This document shows, one piece after another, positions 18,120 to 27,097 of a stretch of DNA of 31,829 bases; position 1 is the first letter of the stretch, and the number at the start of each line of letters is the position of its first letter. The DNA comes from an archaeon (GTDB taxonomy: Archaea; EX4484-52; B79-G9): positions 1-31,829 of the forward strand of contig JBDRKP010000064.1 in assembly GCA_043813875.1 (NCBI GenBank), read 5' to 3'. The notes below the pieces were generated by a model, which ran no database searches, had not been told where the DNA came from, and was given only the letters and a program-made list of their open reading frames with translations. The position numbers were made by a program, and so were the translations under genes.

Positions 18120-19889
18120 TCACATCACATCCCAGTACTTATCCTTTCGGACCATGATCTGTCTTATATCCTCAAGTGTGTTTTTGTCAGAATCCTTTAA
18201 AAGAGTCGCATGTTCCAGAAGCGTCTTATAATCCTCCTTCGTCAGGAAAGAATAAATGATATCTCCTTCCTTGATATTGCGCCCCACGACTGCCCCGTCA
18301 AGGCTCACAGCCACCTGCACACCCATCTCGGCAACAGTCACATTCTTTCCTTTCTCCTGTATCGCATGTACAGTACCTACGATCTTTCCCTCATTATTCA
18401 TCAGCCTGACATCCTGCTTGATGGATCCCGTTAGTATCTCCATGCCGATGATAGCCGGCTTTGACTGCCTGAACACGAAGCCTTCGATGAACCTGACCTT
18501 TGATGGCATGCACACAGACTCAAGCACGCCTTTCTTCTTCTCCTCTTCGGTTTTTAAGACATAAGCTTCATAATCCTCAATCAGCCTGTATATGATATTG
18601 CTCTTGAAAATATTCACCTTCGATTGCTTGGCAAGATCTTCCGCCTCAGGCAGTACTTTCGTATTGAACGCAAATATCGCTTTATTCTTATCCTCTACCT
18701 CCTCCATAGTGACGATATCTTTCTTGTTCACGACACCAATCTGAGCCCTCTTGATTGCGATACCTTTCTCACGGAACATCTTGACGATAGCCTCAAGACT
18801 ACCCAACGCATCAGCTTTAATGATGACCCCTTCATCATCGGTCTTGATCTCTACCTCTTCAATCTCCTTCTGCACTTCCTTTTTCAGTTCTTCGATCTCG
18901 CTCTCATTTCGTGCAGACCTTACAGGCACGCCGGCAATCACATTCTCGAGCCCTACAGCAGAAATCTTGAGTCCGCTTGCAGCGACAACCTCATCCATCG
19001 GGATGAACTGTTTCTCCACCCGGATTTCCTTCATCGGCTTCGTCTTGAGCAGGCCCTTGATCTTTGTGCATATCGCGCCGTCAGGATGCCCGATGACCAG
19101 CACATCCCCCTTCTTCATGATCCCGTCATAAAGTATGACATCGATAGTCATGCCAAGCCCCTTCACTTCCTTCACCTCAAGCACAGTGCCTTTCCCATGG
19201 CCAGTCGGGTCGATCACAAGCCTCTTTTCAAGATATTTCTGCGTAAGTCCCGCAAGCATGGTAAGAAGTTCGCCTATCCCTTCACCCGTCCTTGCAGACA
19301 CCGGCACTATCGCGACATTCTTTGTGAAGTCAGTAAGCCTGTCAAATCTCTCGGAAGCGACACCATTTTCATGCAGTTGGCCGATAATCTTATAGAGTTT
19401 CATATCGAGATTCTCTTTCACATCCGGCCTCTGCATATCGTAAGTATCAGAAAAGCATATGTTCTCATGCGGAATCCATCCGGATAGCTTATCGATCTTG
19501 TTCGCAGCAATCACAAAAGGCGTCTTGTAATGCTTCAGTATATTGATCGACTCGAGGGTCTGCGGTTTTATGCCCTCGGTAATATCGATGATAAGTATGG
19601 ATATGTCTGCAAGCATCCCTCCTCTCTTCCGGAGCAGAGAAAAAGCCGCATGTCCCGGCGTATCGACAAAAAGCAGTCCCGGGAGCTTTAGTTCTATCTT
19701 GTACTTGGAAAGCAGTTTCCCGCACGTTTTGATGATGACCTCTTTTGGGACCTCGGACGCCCCGATATGCTGTGTGATGCCGCCGGCTTCACCCGTTGCG
19801 ACACGCGACTGCCTGATATGGTCAAGCATAGAAGTCTTCCCGTGATCCACGTGCGCAAGAATAGAAATTATAGGCTGCCTAAGATGCAT
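18120..19889 (-). CDS. infB: Translation initiation factor aIF5B (IF-2)
   Basis: LRQPII.ILAHVDHGKT, EAGGITQHIGA, LPGLLFVDTPGH, NKID, KADALGSLEA, FRQSKPAI.G; archaeal length without the bacterial N-terminal extension; GGTGGAG SD before ATG 19889. Confidence 0.96.
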   Translation of the reverse strand: MHLRQPIISILAHVDHGKTSMLDHIRQSRVATGEAGGITQHIGASEVPKEVIIKTCGKLLSKYKIELKLPGLLFVDTPGHAAFSLLRKRGGMLADISILIIDITEGIKPQTLESINILKHYKTPFVIAANKIDKLSGWIPHENICFSDTYDMQRPDVKENLDMKLYKIIGQLHENGVASERFDRLTDFTKNVAIVPVSARTGEGIGELLTMLAGLTQKYLEKRLVIDPTGHGKGTVLEVKEVKGLGMTIDVILYDGIMKKGDVLVIGHPDGAICTKIKGLLKTKPMKEIRVEKQFIPMDEVVAASGLKISAVGLENVIAGVPVRSARNESEIEELKKEVQKEIEEVEIKTDDEGVIIKADALGSLEAIVKMFREKGIAIKRAQIGVVNKKDIVTMEEVEDKNKAIFAFNTKVLPEAEDLAKQSKVNIFKSNIIYRLIEDYEAYVLKTEEEKKKGVLESVCMPSKVRFIEGFVFRQSKPAIIGMEILTGSIKQDVRLMNNEGKIVGTVHAIQEKGKNVTVAEMGVQVAVSLDGAVVGRNIKEGDIIYSFLTKEDYKTLLEHATLLKDSDKNTLEDIRQIMVRKDKYWDVM

Positions 19890-20067
19890 AAACTCCACCA
19901 CATATAAGTTAAATATTAACAGTTTGACAATAATTTGCCGTGATTAGACATTAATAGAACACAAAACTTTTAAATAATATACTACGTCTTTTCAATTATT
20001 ACCTTTTATGTTCAATTTTTGCGCAGATATTTATTAGACATTTTGCGTAATTAAGGAACAGATACCA

Positions 20068-20208
20068 AATAACTTCCCCAATTCTCAAGCTGAAACTTCT
20101 TATGACTCTACTTTAGAAGAAAATATGTGTGTCGTAATTAAATCGTATGACGTCGATTTCGCTCTATATCTATGGCATCTATCCATCTAAGATATTGGGG
20201 AAGTTATT
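20068..20208. mobile_element. Putative MITE-like element, 141 bp with perfect 15-bp terminal inverted repeats
   Basis: AATAACTTCCCCAAT at 20068-20082 and its reverse complement ATTGGGGAAGTTATT at 20194-20208; no ORF inside; no clear target-site duplication. Confidence 0.5.
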
Positions 20209-20339
20209 CTATATTCATTCCTAAACCCTTTATAATAGATCAATGTCATTGCAAGGCGCTGTTTTGAACGAGAGTTCAAAAGTGTGGCATGTTATTGTTA
20301 TGACACTCAGATTATTAGTGCCTTGACTACAGATATATA

Positions 20340-20369
20340 TTTATAAGTATCAATATATCAATCTGATAT
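20340..20369 (+). promoter_or_regulatory. TATA-like box and putative ArsR operator
   Basis: TTTATAAG at 20340-20347, 21-28 nt before ATG 20368 (leaderless-type spacing); inverted repeat ATATCA-ATC-TGATAT at 20355-20369 overlapping the start codon. Confidence 0.45.
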
Positions 20370-20685
20370 GAACAAAATGAAGGAAACATTGACAATTTTG
20401 AAAGCGCTCTCTGATGAAACAAGACTAAAAATCGTGGAGTTTCTCCTTGATGGAGAAAAGTGCGTCTGCAAAATTGTCCCGCATACAAAAAGAGCACAAT
20501 CGACTGTTTCAATTCAATTGAGTAAATTGGAAAGCTGGGGGGTTCTGGAATCAAGAAGAGATGGCAAAAAGATATTTTACAAAATTAAAGATTACCGGGT
20601 TTGCGATGTTTTCAAAGCATTAGGTTATCCAAAAGGTAAAATTTTGAAAAAGAGCTGTTGCATGGGTGATAAAAATGAGAATTGA
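20368..20685 (+). CDS. arsR: ArsR/SmtB family metalloregulator
   Basis: LKALSDETRLKIV..GEKCVCKI..QSTVS.QL..L..G..SRRDGKKIFY; CxC metal box plus C-terminal vicinal CC. Confidence 0.88.
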   Translation: MNKMKETLTILKALSDETRLKIVEFLLDGEKCVCKIVPHTKRAQSTVSIQLSKLESWGVLESRRDGKKIFYKIKDYRVCDVFKALGYPKGKILKKSCCMGDKNEN

Positions 20686-20905
20686 AATATTAGGTACCGG
20701 GTGTCCAAAATGCAGAAAACTTGAAGAAAATACAAGAAAAGCATTAGATGAAACGGACAAGAAAGCAGAGGTAGTCAAAGTAACAGATATCAACAAAATT
20801 ATTGATTATGGAATTATGTCCACCCCCGCAATTGTGATTGACAGCGAAGTCAAATGTTCCAGCAGGATTCCGGATGTTGAAGAAATAAAAAAGTGGTTGA
20901 AATGA
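20675..20905 (+). CDS. Small redox-active disulfide protein (MTH895-type thioredoxin)
   Basis: IEILGTGCPKC..KVTD..I..YGIMSTPAIVID; GGTGAT SD before ATG 20675. Confidence 0.88.
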   Translation: MRIEILGTGCPKCRKLEENTRKALDETDKKAEVVKVTDINKIIDYGIMSTPAIVIDSEVKCSSRIPDVEEIKKWLK

Positions 20906-20906
20906 T

Positions 20907-21401
20907 ATGAGAAACAAATATTTCTTTGGACTGTTGATGCTGGCGATTACAGCATGCATTATTATTTCGGGATGTACCGGGAAAACAGAACAGAATGTCT
21001 CTGGTAATATCATGATACAGGAAACAAATCAGGTTTCGGATGCAAAAACAACTGAATCATCAGTACAAAAAATAGAAGTATTTCATTTTCACAGAACACA
21101 ACAATGCTACTCCTGCAAGACCGTCGGAGCATACGCCGAAGAAACAGTCAAAACCTACTTCCGAGATGATTTAAACACCGGGAAAATAGTATTTGACCAT
21201 ATAAATGCTGAACTTCCTGAAAACAAAGAACGTACCATAAAATACGGTGCAACCGGTTCGTCATTGTGGATTGGTGTTTACAGAGCAGACGGAAGTTTTT
21301 CAAAAGAGGAAAATACCAACGTGTGGTATAAGATAAAGGATAAACAGGATTACATGAATTATCTAAAACAGGTCCTTGAACAAAAACTAAAAGGCAATTA
21401 A
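20907..21401 (+). CDS. Exported thioredoxin-like protein, ArsF-like
   Basis: Lipoprotein-like signal (IISGCT) and IEVFHFHRTQQCYSC motif; sits directly before an ArsG-like permease. Confidence 0.7.
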   Translation: MRNKYFFGLLMLAITACIIISGCTGKTEQNVSGNIMIQETNQVSDAKTTESSVQKIEVFHFHRTQQCYSCKTVGAYAEETVKTYFRDDLNTGKIVFDHINAELPENKERTIKYGATGSSLWIGVYRADGSFSKEENTNVWYKIKDKQDYMNYLKQVLEQKLKGN

Positions 21402-21402
21402 A

Positions 21403-22116
21403 ATGGATCTGATGGCTTTCATGGAGTCGATGGGCACAAGCGATATCGGTATAATCGCAGCTTTTTTTATCGGCCTTATGACTGCTATCAGCCCGTGCCC
21501 CATGGCAACAAACATAACTGCCATCGCCTTTATCTCTAAAAAAATAGACAATGGAAAACATACTCTCATCACAGGTTTTATTTATACTGCAGGAAGAATG
21601 TTTACTTATGTTGCTCTCGCATCCCTGATCGTTTATCTGGGCCTGAATGTTCAGGCAATCTCTTTCTTTCTGCAAAAATATGGTGAAAGAACTCTGGGTC
21701 CTCTGCTGATATTTATTGGATTGACTATGTTGAACGTAATTAAATTAAATTTTGTTAGAAACAGTAACAGACTAGACATCCTGAAAGAGAAATTATCAAA
21801 AAAGGGATATATTGGAGCTTTTAGTCTGGGGGTTATCTTTGCATTGGCTTTTTGTCCTTTTAGTGCCGTCCTGTTCTTTGGAATGCTGATCCCTCTTGCC
21901 CTAAAATTTAGTGATGGCATATTGATTCCATCTGTATTCGCATTTGCTACAGGCCTGCCTGTGATTTTATTCTCATTCATGCTTGTTTATAGTATCTCAA
22001 AACTCGGCACTATAACGAACAAGGTCCAGACATTTGAAAAATACCTGAGGTATGTTGTCTCGTTAATCTTTCTTTTGGTTGGTGTCTATTACACAATTCA
22101 GATATGGTGGTTTTAA
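21403..22116 (+). CDS. ArsG-like / CcdA-like membrane protein
   Basis: GLMTAISPCPMATNI and FALAFCPFSAVLFFG motifs; about 6 TM helices. Confidence 0.75.
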   Translation: MDLMAFMESMGTSDIGIIAAFFIGLMTAISPCPMATNITAIAFISKKIDNGKHTLITGFIYTAGRMFTYVALASLIVYLGLNVQAISFFLQKYGERTLGPLLIFIGLTMLNVIKLNFVRNSNRLDILKEKLSKKGYIGAFSLGVIFALAFCPFSAVLFFGMLIPLALKFSDGILIPSVFAFATGLPVILFSFMLVYSISKLGTITNKVQTFEKYLRYVVSLIFLLVGVYYTIQIWWF

Positions 22117-23157
22117 ATGCTCATAACAGATTTATTTTTCAGAGGAACCAACGCATTAACTGAATATCTATCCGCTCACGTATTAACCTGCCTGATTCCC
22201 GCTTTCTTCATAGCAGGGGCGATTGCAGTTTTTCTTAAAAAAGAGTATGTCTTGAAGTATTTAGGCCCGAAAACAAAAAAACACATATCTTACTCAGTTG
22301 CTGCAGTTTCGGGGTGCATTTTAGCGGTATGTTCATGCACGATTTTGCCTTTGTTTGCAGGGATAAAGAAAAGAGGTGCCGGTCTGGGTCCTGCGATTAC
22401 ATTTCTTTTTTCAGGTCCGGCAATCAACCTACTCGCAATTATTTATACCGCACAGGTATTAGGTTTTGATATAGGCATAGCAAGGGCAATTGCTGCCATC
22501 ACATTATCCATAATTATTGGCTTGATAATGCACTTTTTATTCGAGAAAAAAGCAGTAGAAGATGGAGATGCGTTCTCAAATCCAATATCAGAACCGCAGA
22601 AATCAAAAACAACGATCTTATCATTTTTTGCACTCCTCATAGGGATATTGATCATTAACGGTCTTCAGATAGCTTTTAATTTAAAATTAACACTTTTCGG
22701 ATTATCAATTGTTTTTTTGCTGATCTTATTGAAATTAAAATTTACTAAAAAAGAGACCACCGAATGGATGAAAGAGACATGGAATATTACAAAACTAATA
22801 ACCCCCTACCTCATAATCGGTGTTTTCATAGCAGGCATCATCAGTTTTTTACTGCCAGAAGAAATTGTCCGCTCTTATCTTGGAGGCAATAGCTTAACAT
22901 CTAATTTTGTTGCTTCTGTTTTCGGGGCTTTCATGTATTTTGCAACACTGACAGAAGTACCGATAATTGGAGAATTAATGAAACTGGGAATGGGCGAAGG
23001 TCCTGCGCTGGCATTATTGTTGGCAGGCCCAAGTTTGAGTCTGCCGAATATGTTAGTCATAAGAAAAGTATTGGGGAATAAACAAACAATAGTATATGTA
23101 TCTTTAGTCATAATTTTTTCAACTATTGCAGGATTACTGTTTGGTTCAATAATATAA
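22117..23157 (+). CDS. ArsP/DUF318-family permease
   Basis: HVLTCLIPAFFIAGAI, AVCSCTILPLF, GPAITFLFSGPAIN, MYFATLTEVPI, GPALALLLAGPSLSLP. Confidence 0.85.
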   Translation: MLITDLFFRGTNALTEYLSAHVLTCLIPAFFIAGAIAVFLKKEYVLKYLGPKTKKHISYSVAAVSGCILAVCSCTILPLFAGIKKRGAGLGPAITFLFSGPAINLLAIIYTAQVLGFDIGIARAIAAITLSIIIGLIMHFLFEKKAVEDGDAFSNPISEPQKSKTTILSFFALLIGILIINGLQIAFNLKLTLFGLSIVFLLILLKLKFTKKETTEWMKETWNITKLITPYLIIGVFIAGIISFLLPEEIVRSYLGGNSLTSNFVASVFGAFMYFATLTEVPIIGELMKLGMGEGPALALLLAGPSLSLPNMLVIRKVLGNKQTIVYVSLVIIFSTIAGLLFGSII

Positions 23158-23199
23158 TAAACAGCGGGGATATCCAACCTTTAATGTTCGCTTCAAAAA

Positions 23200-24591
23200 T
23201 CAGATCCCCAGTCTCTTCTTCCAGTGATTGCACACAATCTCGGTCTTCTCGGCAGCTGCCCCGACATAGAGTTCAGGATTGAAAAGAATCTCTCGCTCGA
23301 TTTCGCTGAACTTCTGAAGATACGGCTCAAGCTCATCATCAATCTCCATGACATCCCTAAGGCCAGTCTCGTTTTTTTCAGCCTTAAGCGTGAGCTTGCG
23401 CACGAACTCATGCGCATCCGGATGCCCGTGGAACGCAAGAAGCATATAAAGCGGCTCGGCGGCAAACGATTCCTTGCTCATCTCAAAATTCATCTGAAGG
23501 TTCTCCTTATCGACCGCAAGTCTCCTCGACACTTTAGTCAGCCGCACCACAGACACATAAAAAGCAGCAAACAGCTGCGGTATGAACCTCTGGGAAGCGG
23601 AATTGGTGAGATCCCTCTGGTGCTCCGAGATCCCGTCAAGATAAGCAGTCACCATCGCCGGCATGAACGCCTTATACATGCTCTTCACATTCTCGAAATT
23701 GATGGGATTCCTCTTATGCGGCATAGTCGATGATCCCACCTGGTCAACTGAAAACTCTTCCTTCACCTCAGCGATTTCAGTCCTCTGCAGGTTCCTCATG
23801 TCATCAGAGAAATTAGCAAGCACAGAAAAGGCGGTAATCACAGAGTGCATCAGGTCAGTCATAGGTTCCGGCGGCACGATCTGCGTAGAATGAAGTGCAG
23901 GCGAAAGCCCAAGATTCTCAAGCAGCCTCTTTTCAAACTGCATCGGCTTTTGAAAAAATAGTGATGAAGCATTATAAGCGCCGACAGCCCCCGATGCCTT
24001 GCCGCGCAGGCTCTGCTTTGCGCTGTTTATCGCCTCGATCCTGTCCCCGAGCCGGTGGACATAAGACGCCATCGTGAACCCGAAAGTGATCGGCTCTGCA
24101 TGCTGCCCGTGCGTCCTTGCGACCTGGAGCGTATCCTTTTCCCGAAGGGCGATATCCATCCATGTCCTCTCAAGCTCGTTAAGCGCAGGCATCAGCACAT
24201 CCTCACAGAACTCCTTATACCTTAAGACATTGGCAGTATCGACGACATCATATGACGTCAGCGAGAAATGGACAAAGCGCCTCGATTTCTTGGCCACCTT
24301 CGTCCTTATGCAATTGGCAAGAGCCCTGATATCATGCTTTATCCTGTCCTCTTCATGATACACTTCCTTAGCAGTCACTTTCTCGCACGCCTTTGCTATG
24401 TCGTCTGCGATATCCTTTGGGCAGATGCCTTCCTCTGCAAGCGCCACTGCAAGCGCAGCCTCGACCTTCAGCTTGTACCTTATATACGCATTCTCCGAAA
24501 GATAGGGCTCAAGCTTCTCCTTGACGCTCTCATCTCTTCCGTAATACCTGTAATCGATAGGCGATATATTCTCGAACAGATCCATATTCAT
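23200..24591 (-). CDS. purB: Adenylosuccinate lyase
   Basis: ISPIDYRY, HDIRA, TSYDVVDTA, RTHGQHAEP, signature GSSTMPHKRNP, HQRDLTNSA; translationally coupled to purE (TGATG). Confidence 0.95.
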   Translation of the reverse strand: MNMDLFENISPIDYRYYGRDESVKEKLEPYLSENAYIRYKLKVEAALAVALAEEGICPKDIADDIAKACEKVTAKEVYHEEDRIKHDIRALANCIRTKVAKKSRRFVHFSLTSYDVVDTANVLRYKEFCEDVLMPALNELERTWMDIALREKDTLQVARTHGQHAEPITFGFTMASYVHRLGDRIEAINSAKQSLRGKASGAVGAYNASSLFFQKPMQFEKRLLENLGLSPALHSTQIVPPEPMTDLMHSVITAFSVLANFSDDMRNLQRTEIAEVKEEFSVDQVGSSTMPHKRNPINFENVKSMYKAFMPAMVTAYLDGISEHQRDLTNSASQRFIPQLFAAFYVSVVRLTKVSRRLAVDKENLQMNFEMSKESFAAEPLYMLLAFHGHPDAHEFVRKLTLKAEKNETGLRDVMEIDDELEPYLQKFSEIEREILFNPELYVGAAAEKTEIVCNHWKKRLGI

Positions 24592-25052
24592 CACAGCACC
24601 GTCTTTTTGATATTCTCTTTTGTTTTCCTTATATCTTCATCCACTTTCTTGGAAAGCTTCTCATCAGTGAGCGCAATAATCTTCACAGCCGCAAGCGCCG
24701 CATTTTCAGGGCCAAGGACCGTCATTGAAGGTGTCCCCGATGGCATACGAAGGCTTGAATGTATGTCGACAAGATAAGCCGCATTATCCTCGATTGGCGG
24801 GCACGCGATGACCGGCTTCACCGTATTTGCTGCGACGACCCCCGAAAGCCCGTTAGACCTGCCGGCGACAGTGATGAACACCAAATCCGCATACTTCTTC
24901 TCGCTTTCCTTGATCACATCGAGCACAAGTTCAGGCGTCTTATGCGCAGACGCGACCTTGAACTCATAGCGCATCCTGAACTCATCAAGCAGAGAACCTA
25001 TCTTCTTACAGAACGCCATATCCTTAACCGATCCCATCAGGATAACAATCAT
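24591..25052 (-). CDS. purE: N5-CAIR mutase / AIR carboxylase
   Basis: ILMGS.KD, VASAHKTPE, VAGRSNGLSG, PVIACPP, SSLRMPSG, PENAALAA; GGTGAT SD upstream. Confidence 0.93.
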   Translation of the reverse strand: MIVILMGSVKDMAFCKKIGSLLDEFRMRYEFKVASAHKTPELVLDVIKESEKKYADLVFITVAGRSNGLSGVVAANTVKPVIACPPIEDNAAYLVDIHSSLRMPSGTPSMTVLGPENAALAAVKIIALTDEKLSKKVDEDIRKTKENIKKTVL

Positions 25053-25415
25053 ATCTTATCACCATCATCATTTTATGCATCAATCATTACTATAATGACT
25101 ATTTGCACCAAAACATTTATATAAAGATAAACGCCTGAATGACTTGGTACAGAAATACTGTCGTTAAGTTCAATAAAATTGATTCCCATGAAGACGGTGA
25201 GTTCTTTACTCCTTCGCTCAGAGTGGTTTTCTCTAAATCTTCTTCAATACTATAGAAAAAATATTAATGGGCTCGAAGACATGCGTCAACCAATTCGTCA
25301 ACCAGACCTTGAAACATAATAAATCGCTTTCCCTTTCCCCTTTCCCCTTTGGCATCTCTTAATCCCGGATGGCTATGCGATAAGCTATTTAATTATTAAA
25401 CCCCATAAATCAGGC

Positions 25416-27095
25416 ATGACACCGCGCCAGAGGCAGATAAAAGATGCAGTCACAAGATTCACTGAACTTGCAAAATCCAATGAAAACGTAATCGAGATAG
25501 CGCAGTTCGGCTCGTCGATAACAGGGAAAAAGGTGCCAAAAGATTTTGACCTGATGGTCTTTGTAGACAACATCACATGCATCCCCCGCATAGCCCGGTG
25601 CGCAAGAAGCGTAACGTCAATATATCATGCCCACGACATCTTCGTATTCGGCAAAGACAGGCGCTACATGGGAAGGATATGCTCAAGGAAAAACTGCCCC
25701 GGAGACGCAGCAGATTGTTTCGCCCCCGGATGCGGGAAAACACCGCACCTCAAGCAAATTTCGGGCTTCACCTTCAGGGAAGAGGTGGCATTCAAAAAAA
25801 AGCCGCTCATCCTCTACAAAATCCCGGGCACAGGCATAACCGAAAGCTGGTATAATGAGGCAAAAAAATACATGCTCAAAAAGAGCACGATACTGAGAAA
25901 AGAATACTTCGGCGGCATAGCCTTCAACAGGGACAATGCAGCCACTATACAGGTCGACGGCGGGCTCTATGAAATTCTTGCCGGGCTCCATTCAAAAAAA
26001 AGCATAAAAGACATCATAGATGCATCGAAGAACAGCCGCGCCCCATCATGCATCGAGAAGCTGGAAAAACTCGGCTTCATCACAGACGCTACAGATCAAG
26101 AAGATATCCTGCCCTACACCCCCAACGAGACAATTGAAGGCTGCCTTTCTGCCCCCGAGGTAGTCCACCTGTCTGTAACAGGCAGATGCAACCTCGACTG
26201 TGAATTCTGCTACGCCCAAAAAAACGAAAAAGACATGACCACAAAAGAGATAACATCGCTCATAGACGAACTATCGGAAATGAAAGTATTCCAGGTTGCA
26301 ATAGGCGGCGGCGAGCCGCTCCTTAGGGATGACATCTATCGCATATTATCATACTGCAAGAAAAAAGGAATCGTAGCGAACATCACAACGAACGGCACCC
26401 TGCTTGAGGGCGGCGCCGTAAAAAAGCTCAAAAAAATAGCAGGCCAGGTGAACTTAAGCGTCAACGAATGCCTGAAAACACAGGATTGCAGGGACAGGAT
26501 ACTGATGCTGGCCTGTGCAGGCATAAGGACAGGAATAAACCTCATGGCATCCAAAAAAAACATAGGGACGCTTGAAAACACAATACAGGACCTCCTGAAA
26601 TACCCTGTAGAAAGCATCACTCTACTTAGGCCCAAGCCTGCAAAAGACGATGCATGGTATAATGAAAACAGGCTTGACAAAGACGACCTTGTGCGCTTAA
26701 AGTCAGCCATAACCACATCAAAACACCCCGGGAAAATCCGTGTGGACTGCTCACTTGTTTCCCTCATGCATGACGTATCGCCATCAGTTCTTGAATACAA
26801 AAGCATATTCGGCTGCGTTGGTGGCGTAAGATTCTGCACTATCCGGAACAACGGCGACGTCTACCCATGCTCATTTTTCGGCGAGAGACAATACCTTGCA
26901 GGAAACGTGCCTGAATCAGGATTCAAAAAAATCTGGAAAGAAGCGCAAATATTTAAAACATTCAGGACAATGAATAATAAAATAAAAGGCCGCTGCAGAA
27001 AATGCAGGATAAAAGACAACTGCAAGGGGTGCAGGCGGATAGCGCTCAAGGTAAACAACGACTTTTACTCAGAAGACATATGCCCGGGTTGCTAA
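25416..27095 (+). CDS. Nucleotidyltransferase-like domain fused to a radical SAM/SPASM enzyme with a putative PqqD/RRE-like linker
   Basis: N-terminal FGS..KDFDL (pol-beta-like GS..DxD) with a Cys cluster CSRKNC..DC..PGC; middle LRKEYFGGIAF..; radical SAM CNLDCEFC, IGGGEP, NITTNG; SPASM GCVGG..GDVYPC..CRKC..NCKGC..C. Confidence 0.85.
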   Translation: MTPRQRQIKDAVTRFTELAKSNENVIEIAQFGSSITGKKVPKDFDLMVFVDNITCIPRIARCARSVTSIYHAHDIFVFGKDRRYMGRICSRKNCPGDAADCFAPGCGKTPHLKQISGFTFREEVAFKKKPLILYKIPGTGITESWYNEAKKYMLKKSTILRKEYFGGIAFNRDNAATIQVDGGLYEILAGLHSKKSIKDIIDASKNSRAPSCIEKLEKLGFITDATDQEDILPYTPNETIEGCLSAPEVVHLSVTGRCNLDCEFCYAQKNEKDMTTKEITSLIDELSEMKVFQVAIGGGEPLLRDDIYRILSYCKKKGIVANITTNGTLLEGGAVKKLKKIAGQVNLSVNECLKTQDCRDRILMLACAGIRTGINLMASKKNIGTLENTIQDLLKYPVESITLLRPKPAKDDAWYNENRLDKDDLVRLKSAITTSKHPGKIRVDCSLVSLMHDVSPSVLEYKSIFGCVGGVRFCTIRNNGDVYPCSFFGERQYLAGNVPESGFKKIWKEAQIFKTFRTMNNKIKGRCRKCRIKDNCKGCRRIALKVNNDFYSEDICPGC

Positions 27096-27097
27096 AG

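Noticed and set aside
18624..19487. 287-aa plus-strand ORF
   Set aside because: Antisense shadow of infB; explained by codon bias.
18120..19889. Intein in aIF5B
   Set aside because: The P-loop region HVDHGKTS is continuous and the length is normal.
25188..25319. 43-aa ORF (MKTVSSLLLRSEWF...) as a RiPP precursor for the radical SAM enzyme
   Set aside because: No Cys, no clear SD and no precursor-like features; indistinguishable from a chance ORF.
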